DNA of 64,000 nucleotides, from the NCBI GenBank assembly GCA_020845775.1, contig JADLFC010000116.1:7710-71709 (forward strand). The letters run 5' to 3'. Made by a program: the position numbers and the translations under genes. The notes beneath the pieces were generated by a model. It had not been told where the DNA came from, did no database searches, and saw only the letters and a list, made by a program, of their open reading frames with translations. Below, one piece after another: positions 58,387 through 64,000 of the stretch; position 1 is the stretch's first letter, and the number at the start of each line of letters is the position of its first letter. Origin of the DNA: Deltaproteobacteria bacterium. Its GTDB lineage: Bacteria; Bdellovibrionota_C; UBA2361; SZUA-149; JADLFC01.

Positions 58387-59664
58387 CTAAACTGTCAAAG
58401 CCTTACTAACTATTTTTGTCATATGCAATTCCGGCCCGTAAACCTCCATCGGCAACCCTAGCTCAAGCCCAAGTTGCTGCATCTTTGAAAGACCCTCAAC
58501 ATAGTTTGGTCCTCCACGCCTGACATATATTTTGGCCTTAACTCGTTTCAGCGCTTCCGAATACTCCTTAATAGCTCGACAAATGCCATTAAATGTTTTC
58601 GCCACATCTGTGAAGTTCGCAATTCCACCGCCAATTAGCAGAATTTTTTCTCTACCCTTCGGATCTAACTCTTGCGTCATCAATCCAATAACAGTCCTCG
58701 CGTAATCATAAGTTTCTTCATCAGTTGGATTGCCGGAATATTCTCCGTAATTAGCGAGCTCCTCTCCATAGCCAAGGTCAACAACAGTATCGGCAAAGAT
58801 TACTGACGCGCCACCCCCGGCTACCATTGTCCAAACTCGCCCTTGTGGGTTTAACACCGTAAACTTTAGCGATGCGCCACTCTGAGCGTCTAGATGATTT
58901 ATATGGCGCTCCTCGTTAGTACTCAACCTACCAAACGGAGGAGGAAATGTAAGCCCAGCCCAAAGCTTTCCTCCTTCGAACTCTGCCGTGTCATCTAGTT
59001 TCGCTGCGAAATCCAAAACGACGATCCGACCATCTACAAACGCCAATGGGTTTATTTCAGCATAAGAGAATCCCGCAGCAACGTAGAGTTTATAAAGGGA
59101 TTTGATAAAGGACGCGATTACAGGCCTTCTTTCGACACCGATGTCTTTTAGTAGCTTTGAGTCTAAGTCAAGCGCATCTATATCATCAAAAACTTTCACC
59201 ACGATTTTTTCAGATATGCTATCCACATCGCCGATTTCAACCCCTCCTTGTCGAAAAAATAAAATCTCATCGCCTTCTCTGACAGAACGAATCGCCAAAT
59301 AATATTCGTACTTCACCTCATGTGGAACAAAACACTCTACGATAAAAGTATCCAATATACCTGTTATGCCATCAACCGCCACAGATTTATTCATATGTTC
59401 AAAAACCCATCGCACCACCTCGTCCCAACCTGCATTGAGCAATACTAAATTACTATTGCCTCGCCTTTTTATTAGTTGATCCGGTTTTGCAACCAGTTTG
59501 GAATTCAAAAGCCATGGATGCTCAGCTACGACAGCGTCGAGATCAGTCGCTGCGCTTAGCTGCACACAAGGATTAGCGACGAAACAATCAGTCGTTGAAA
59601 ATTCCCTAAAGTGCAAATCCAAAATCTTCTTCCCATCATATTCGCGAATTGATCGACTAGCCAT
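58387..59664 (-). CDS. aclB: ATP-citrate lyase beta subunit (ATP-grasp). The ORF extends to 59691; the start at MASRSIREY is preferred
   Basis: Matches the ACLY N-terminus: SIREYDGKKIL, VAKPDQLIKRRG, LNPQGRVWTMVAGGGASV, ELANYGEYSGNP and IGGGIANFT. Confidence 0.9.
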   Translation of the reverse strand: MASRSIREYDGKKILDLHFREFSTTDCFVANPCVQLSAATDLDAVVAEHPWLLNSKLVAKPDQLIKRRGNSNLVLLNAGWDEVVRWVFEHMNKSVAVDGITGILDTFIVECFVPHEVKYEYYLAIRSVREGDEILFFRQGGVEIGDVDSISEKIVVKVFDDIDALDLDSKLLKDIGVERRPVIASFIKSLYKLYVAAGFSYAEINPLAFVDGRIVVLDFAAKLDDTAEFEGGKLWAGLTFPPPFGRLSTNEERHINHLDAQSGASLKFTVLNPQGRVWTMVAGGGASVIFADTVVDLGYGEELANYGEYSGNPTDEETYDYARTVIGLMTQELDPKGREKILLIGGGIANFTDVAKTFNGICRAIKEYSEALKRVKAKIYVRRGGPNYVEGLSKMQQLGLELGLPMEVYGPELHMTKIVSKALTV

Positions 59665-59752
59665 TTGAGATCTACCTATAAAGATTTCCAAAAAAATAAA
59701 TACGCTAGCATGGATTTGCTAGGAAATCAAGAATTGTGGATAGGCTGGAAAA

Positions 59753-59789
59753 TATACCATTTACAAAAATCCTTTTTGCAAATGGTATA
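59753..59789 (-). terminator. Solo copy of hairpin A of the repeat family, positioned as a stem-loop 11 nt downstream of the cyclophilin stop
   Basis: TATACCATTTGCAAAAAGG/ATTTTTGTAAATGGTATA read on the minus strand, followed by TTTTCC; AT-rich stem, so terminator activity is uncertain. Confidence 0.45.
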
Positions 59790-59799
59790 ACTGCGCCTT

Positions 59800-60435
59800 T
59801 TATTGAGCTTGTGTGCCTTTAGCGTCTGCTACGCGTGACAGCTTAGGGAAATTAGCATCCAATACGGTGTTCCATTTCGCTACATTGGCCTTTTCCTTTT
59901 CCAATAACGCTGAAACATTGCCTTCGACAACAATGCGAACGATTTTATCGCCCTGAGCAATGCCATTTACCACATCCTGACCACTAGTTACCTTGCCAAA
60001 TACCGAATGCTTTCCATCAAGCCAATCCGTAGCAACATGCGTAATAAAAAACTGACTTCCATTAGTGGCTGGCCCTCTGTTCGCCATAGAAAAAACTCCT
60101 GGACCAGAATGCTTTAAAGTTGGATCAAACTCGTCCTCAAAGGAATATCCTGGACCACCAGTGCCATCGCCTTTAGGATCCCCAGTCTGAATCATAAAAT
60201 TGGGGATAACGCGATGAAAAGTTATTTCGTCATAATAGCCGCGCTGCGCCAAATTGACGAAATTTGCAACAGTGCGAGGGACTTTGTCGCCAAACAACTC
60301 TCCCTTTATCGCTCCCTTTGTCGTCTCAATAGTTACCTGAATATTTGAATCCGCAAATGCCGCCATCTTTGTTACCCCTATAGCTATTACAAAAAACAAT
60401 ATCAAACTCGCCTTTCTCATATCATCTCCTAACAA
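59800..60435 (-). CDS. ppiA: Cyclophilin-type peptidyl-prolyl cis-trans isomerase, secreted
   Basis: [26 protein letters not shown] and [10 protein letters not shown]...NGSQFFI; N-terminal signal peptide. Confidence 0.88.
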   Translation of the reverse strand: MLGDDMRKASLILFFVIAIGVTKMAAFADSNIQVTIETTKGAIKGELFGDKVPRTVANFVNLAQRGYYDEITFHRVIPNFMIQTGDPKGDGTGGPGYSFEDEFDPTLKHSGPGVFSMANRGPATNGSQFFITHVATDWLDGKHSVFGKVTSGQDVVNGIAQGDKIVRIVVEGNVSALLEKEKANVAKWNTVLDANFPKLSRVADAKGTQAQ

Positions 60436-60489
60436 TTTTCCATAATTTCACTTAAACACTATCAACTCACAACTCCTTCTCAACCGTAA

Positions 60490-61488
60490 CTAAAAGTCCG
60501 CTTGCGCAGCGTCACCATCTCTACCTAAACGCTTTTCTAACTGTCTCCTTACTTGCCGCAAGCGAGCAACCTCCTTTGTTAAAGGAACGGGATTCTCATC
60601 GCCAAATTTCTTGGCTAAAGCTATCTTATAATTTAACTTAGCCCTTGCCGCCTTGCGCTTCCTAACGCTTAGCCTATCAGCCATAGCGGTTGTCTTAGCT
60701 GCCTCTTGCAGGTGAACAGATAACTCTTGCATATAAAAAGAAAGTTCCGGCACATCCGCTAAACCCCTACCAATTGCCAGCAAGCGCTCTAACCTTGCCC
60801 TTTCGGCTTGCTTGCTAACCTCATCGCTCTCGAGCTCGGCCAATCTAGTCTTAAGCATTATGATGTTATCTACGCCCGCTATGCGCGAAGCATCTTCTCG
60901 CACTTCATTCAAACTCTCCTCTAACTCAGACATCTGATATTGAGCAAGGTTTAGCAATGAATTAAGATCTGCTACTGCCGCCTCTACTGCCTCAATTCCC
61001 TTATAATTAGACAGTAGTTCGGCCATGCTCCACTCGACAACTGGGGTGGCTGCAAACTGAGACTGCTCCCCTACAAAGAAAAAGGTAAAGCGAAGTATAG
61101 CTCCCATCTTATTTGCTATTACCGATGGCAAAATGGCTCCCACTTGAAAATACTTCCTCCCAAGCTTAGAACCTTTGCCAAGATCCTTTTCAATAAAAAC
61201 GGCCGGAAAATGCTTAACCTCTCCGCCTTCAATTAACAGAAAAGCTTTAATCGGAACAAATGACAAAAACACGTCCTGATCTACGACATAGTTAGATGGC
61301 TCAGATTTTATCTGAGCTACAGTAACAGCACTTTTATCGCCTTGTTCCTGAGCCGCGACAAAAAACCCTTGCAGGCAAACTACATGCACGACAAAAAAAA
61401 GCCTCACTAATGCTAAGGCATACCTAGTCCAAGCGTTTGCGTTCCCAATTAGCGTTAGTAGCTTCACAAAAAAAATATGCCTCATCAC
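60490..61488 (-). CDS. Membrane-anchored coiled-coil protein (hypothetical), translationally coupled downstream of the type-III ATPase operon
   Basis: N-terminal hydrophobic segment, about 150-aa globular region, then a C-terminal heptad-rich region LEESLNEVREDASR...LERLL; ATGA overlap with the upstream gene. Confidence 0.45.
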   Translation of the reverse strand: MMRHIFFVKLLTLIGNANAWTRYALALVRLFFVVHVVCLQGFFVAAQEQGDKSAVTVAQIKSEPSNYVVDQDVFLSFVPIKAFLLIEGGEVKHFPAVFIEKDLGKGSKLGRKYFQVGAILPSVIANKMGAILRFTFFFVGEQSQFAATPVVEWSMAELLSNYKGIEAVEAAVADLNSLLNLAQYQMSELEESLNEVREDASRIAGVDNIIMLKTRLAELESDEVSKQAERARLERLLAIGRGLADVPELSFYMQELSVHLQEAAKTTAMADRLSVRKRKAARAKLNYKIALAKKFGDENPVPLTKEVARLRQVRRQLEKRLGRDGDAAQADF

Positions 61489-62597
61489 CCTCCCAACAGC
61501 TTATTCCAAAATGATTTTTTCTCCTCTGCCGGACCGGTTTCTCCTGGCGCCTCCGGCTTAGCAGATTCCTCGCTCTGATGCTCAAGTTCTTTTTCTAGTT
61601 CCTCTATTTTTCTCTTCTCGGCTGCAATTTCGCCATAGAGAACTTGAATGTTCGCTGCAATTCTATATCGCTTTTCCAGCGCGCTGAGATCAATGGAGGA
61701 GCCTGCACCACTTGCCCCGAGCTCGCCAAAGCCACTAGCCTCATCATCTGTTTGCCAGTTAGCCATATACCATCTCTGCTCCCGCTCGGCGACGCGACGG
61801 GCCAAGGCAATTGATTTTCCTCGCTTTGTAATTCTCTCAAGCAAACTCAGTTCACTTATTAAGCCGTTAATCTGCTTGTCGAGCTCGTCCCGGCGGGAAG
61901 ACACGTCGCGAACTTCTGTCTCCAACTTAGCAACTTGTTCACTTGCCTTTGCGCGAAGAGTATCCTCATCGGTGACTACTCGAGTTAATTTTTCCTTTTT
62001 TCTCTTTATCCTTTCTATAACATTTGCTGTTTTGGTAGCTCTACGCCTCAACCAACTAAGTTGCACCTTGCTCTCTAACCATTTACGAAACTCCTCCTCG
62101 GAAACACTTAATCCGCTAGGTTCATTTACAACGCCACTCTGAGTAATTGGCCTGATTCGCCAGCTACCGATGCGTTTTCCTGCGAAATCTACATTTCCGG
62201 TATATCCGCCCTCCTCTAGCGCGCCAGTTAATAGGAACTTTCTTCCTTCGCTCATTAACGCAACTGGCTTATAATGGTCGGTGCTACCCTGAACGTCCTT
62301 GCCGTTAATTCGATCAGTGCCCACTTCAAAAGGAACTAGCTGCGGAACCCAACCAGGATTGAAAATAACCATTAGTAAGGCTGAGGCATTAAAAGCTTTC
62401 TCAACGTAAAATGTTTGAAACTTATTTTTTGCAGTCGTAATCCCAGATATCTCGCCGGCATAAGTGCCATCGGGTAAGGCCGGAAACGTTCGCTCCCCAC
62501 TGCCAATAACTAGGTACAGAAATATGCCGACGACTAGCGTAACAACGATTGAATAGAACGCCAAAGATTTCTTATTGGGAGCAGCAATTTTAGGCAT
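61485..62597 (-). CDS. Membrane-anchored coiled-coil protein (hypothetical; FliJ-like role possible)
   Basis: N-terminal transmembrane helix FYSIVVTLVVGIFLYLVIG, a globular domain, then a long charged coiled coil and an acidic tail; 7-bp gap after the ATPase gene. Confidence 0.45.
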   Translation of the reverse strand: MPKIAAPNKKSLAFYSIVVTLVVGIFLYLVIGSGERTFPALPDGTYAGEISGITTAKNKFQTFYVEKAFNASALLMVIFNPGWVPQLVPFEVGTDRINGKDVQGSTDHYKPVALMSEGRKFLLTGALEEGGYTGNVDFAGKRIGSWRIRPITQSGVVNEPSGLSVSEEEFRKWLESKVQLSWLRRRATKTANVIERIKRKKEKLTRVVTDEDTLRAKASEQVAKLETEVRDVSSRRDELDKQINGLISELSLLERITKRGKSIALARRVAEREQRWYMANWQTDDEASGFGELGASGAGSSIDLSALEKRYRIAANIQVLYGEIAAEKRKIEELEKELEHQSEESAKPEAPGETGPAEEKKSFWNKLLGG

Positions 62598-62604
62598 TTG
62601 AAGC

Positions 62605-63978
62605 TCAAGATATTAACGAACGCGCTCGTCGCAGTGTATCACCAAACTCTGCGCCTTCAGTTTGTCTTTGAATTAGGAATTTTGCAATACTATCTCGTTT
62701 AGCTATAGCTTCGTCTATGAGTGGGTCACTACCACTCTTGTATGCACCAATAGAAATTAGATCTCTATTGTCTTCATAAGCCGCCCAAAGTCGTCGAATC
62801 TCCTCTGCCATTCGATAGTGCTCCGGCGACACCAAATTCAGCATCAATCTACTATTGCTACGAAGCAAATCAATTGCCGGATAATGTTGCATATGACTAA
62901 GGCGCGAACTCAGATACAAATGTCCATCCAAAATAGCGCGAATCTCCTCGCCGAGTGGATCCTCGATGGTTTCTGAGGATAGTAAAATGGTATAAAATGC
63001 CGTAATGCTGCCTTTGGCCGTCTTACCAGCTCGTTCCAGCAATTCTGGGAGCGTAGCAAAAACAGACGGCGGATAACCTTGTCGTACTGGGGGCTCGCCT
63101 ACACTAAGAGCTATTTCGCGCAAAGCCCTAGCAAATCTCGTAACCGAATCCATCAATAACATCACTCTGTTGCCCTGGTCGCGAAAATACTCAGCTATAG
63201 CGGTAGCCGTATAAGCTGCCATTATTCTCCTAAGCGGTGGTTCATCGCTAGTCGACACAACGACTATAGATCTACTAAGCCCTTCCTTACCCAGATTGTC
63301 CTCTAAGAAATCTATAACCTCTCTTCCCCGTTCACCCACTAAAGCTACAACATTCACATCAGCCGTACTGTTTCGTGCAATCATCCCCAAAAGACTTGAC
63401 TTGCCAACACCTGCACTTGAGAAAACACCAACGCGTTGCCCCTCTCCGGTAGTCAACATCATATCTATAGCACGAACGCCCACATACATAGGCTCAGTAA
63501 TTCGTCTACGCATCATGGCTGCCGGGGCCGTCTGTCTGACAGGATAAGCCAGGGAAGTATCGATAGACCCCAAATTGTCTATCTCCTTGCCCAATGAATT
63601 TAGAACCCTGCCCAAAAGAGCCGGCCCAACATTAACCTGTAGTGACTCCCCTCTATTAACCACGGGAGTTTTTGGACCCACCTCGTGCAATGGATCTAGA
63701 GGAGTGAGAAAGATATCTTCATCATCAAATCCTATAACCTGCGCATAAACCGGCGGTCGTCCATGAGGCTCGATTGTGCACAACTCTCCAATGCGTGCGT
63801 TGGGTAGACGAGCCTTGATGACCATACCAGTTATTCTTTGCACCCTTCCACGCAATACTACTGGCAGTGGTCCTTCGGCATGTAGGCGCCTATGAAGATT
63901 ATCCAGGCTAATATCATTAGCAAAACTAAACCTTGGCTTAGCTAGCCATTCCTTCAGAAGCGCCGAGTCATCAGGCAT
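62605..63978 (-). CDS. fliI: Type III secretion / flagellar export ATPase, FliI/SctN family
   Basis: Walker A GVFSSAGVGKSSLLGMIAR; Walker B VMLLMDSVTRFARALREI; GYPPSVF motif; N-terminal oligomerisation beta-barrel. Confidence 0.85.
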   Translation of the reverse strand: MPDDSALLKEWLAKPRFSFANDISLDNLHRRLHAEGPLPVVLRGRVQRITGMVIKARLPNARIGELCTIEPHGRPPVYAQVIGFDDEDIFLTPLDPLHEVGPKTPVVNRGESLQVNVGPALLGRVLNSLGKEIDNLGSIDTSLAYPVRQTAPAAMMRRRITEPMYVGVRAIDMMLTTGEGQRVGVFSSAGVGKSSLLGMIARNSTADVNVVALVGERGREVIDFLEDNLGKEGLSRSIVVVSTSDEPPLRRIMAAYTATAIAEYFRDQGNRVMLLMDSVTRFARALREIALSVGEPPVRQGYPPSVFATLPELLERAGKTAKGSITAFYTILLSSETIEDPLGEEIRAILDGHLYLSSRLSHMQHYPAIDLLRSNSRLMLNLVSPEHYRMAEEIRRLWAAYEDNRDLISIGAYKSGSDPLIDEAIAKRDSIAKFLIQRQTEGAEFGDTLRRARSLIS

Positions 63979-64000
63979 ATTGTTACTCTGAACGAGCCGC

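Noticed and set aside
61648-62142. 164-aa plus-strand ORF antisense to the 370-aa coiled-coil gene
   Set aside because: It is a Ser-rich low-complexity mirror of a coiled-coil coding region, and the minus-strand gene is translationally coupled to the ATPase gene.

Overview
This is a 64 kb chromosomal window from a Gram-negative (diderm) bacterium at about 47-50% GC, and it is almost entirely coding. It holds conserved housekeeping blocks: dnaX-ybaB-recR, mnmG-rsmG, rlmE, uvrD/pcrA, a cyclophilin, and a livKHMGF-type branched-chain amino acid ABC transporter. It also holds a large envelope/LPS-related region with MlaEFDC, kdsB, an ArnT-like GT39, a VanZ-like protein, several GT4 glycosyltransferases, an O-antigen-ligase family protein, a PIG-L deacetylase and a coiled-coil methyltransferase. 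Signalling genes include a PAS histidine kinase with a CheY-like regulator, a sigma-54 activator next to a prepilin peptidase, and a dual-REC regulator. A ParD/ParE toxin-antitoxin pair is present. An ATP-citrate lyase pair (aclB-aclA) is eukaryote-like and a marker of the reductive TCA cycle. A FliI/SctN-type type-III secretion ATPase at the 3' edge is translationally coupled to two membrane-anchored coiled-coil proteins. The most unusual features are listed below.
- A novel ~125-nt composite intergenic repeat built from three consecutive palindromic hairpins. It occurs in three full copies plus a deletion derivative, a solo hairpin and a short remnant, all in intergenic positions next to housekeeping genes.
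- A 1240-aa tri-domain fusion protein (GT4 glycosyltransferase, alkaline-phosphatase/NPP-like core, and endonuclease-exonuclease-phosphatase domain) in an operon with a 761-aa (alpha/alpha)6 glycoside hydrolase.
- An Mla operon extended by a CXXCH-motif lipoprotein, a phosphotransferase/P-loop kinase fusion and a bacterial PH-domain membrane protein.
- A BshA/BshB-like glycosyltransferase-deacetylase pair embedded in the LPS cluster.
- Three tandem 13-mer repeats in a divergent promoter.
No rRNA, tRNA or CRISPR array was seen. Every functional call rests on motif recognition in the translated ORFs, with no database search.
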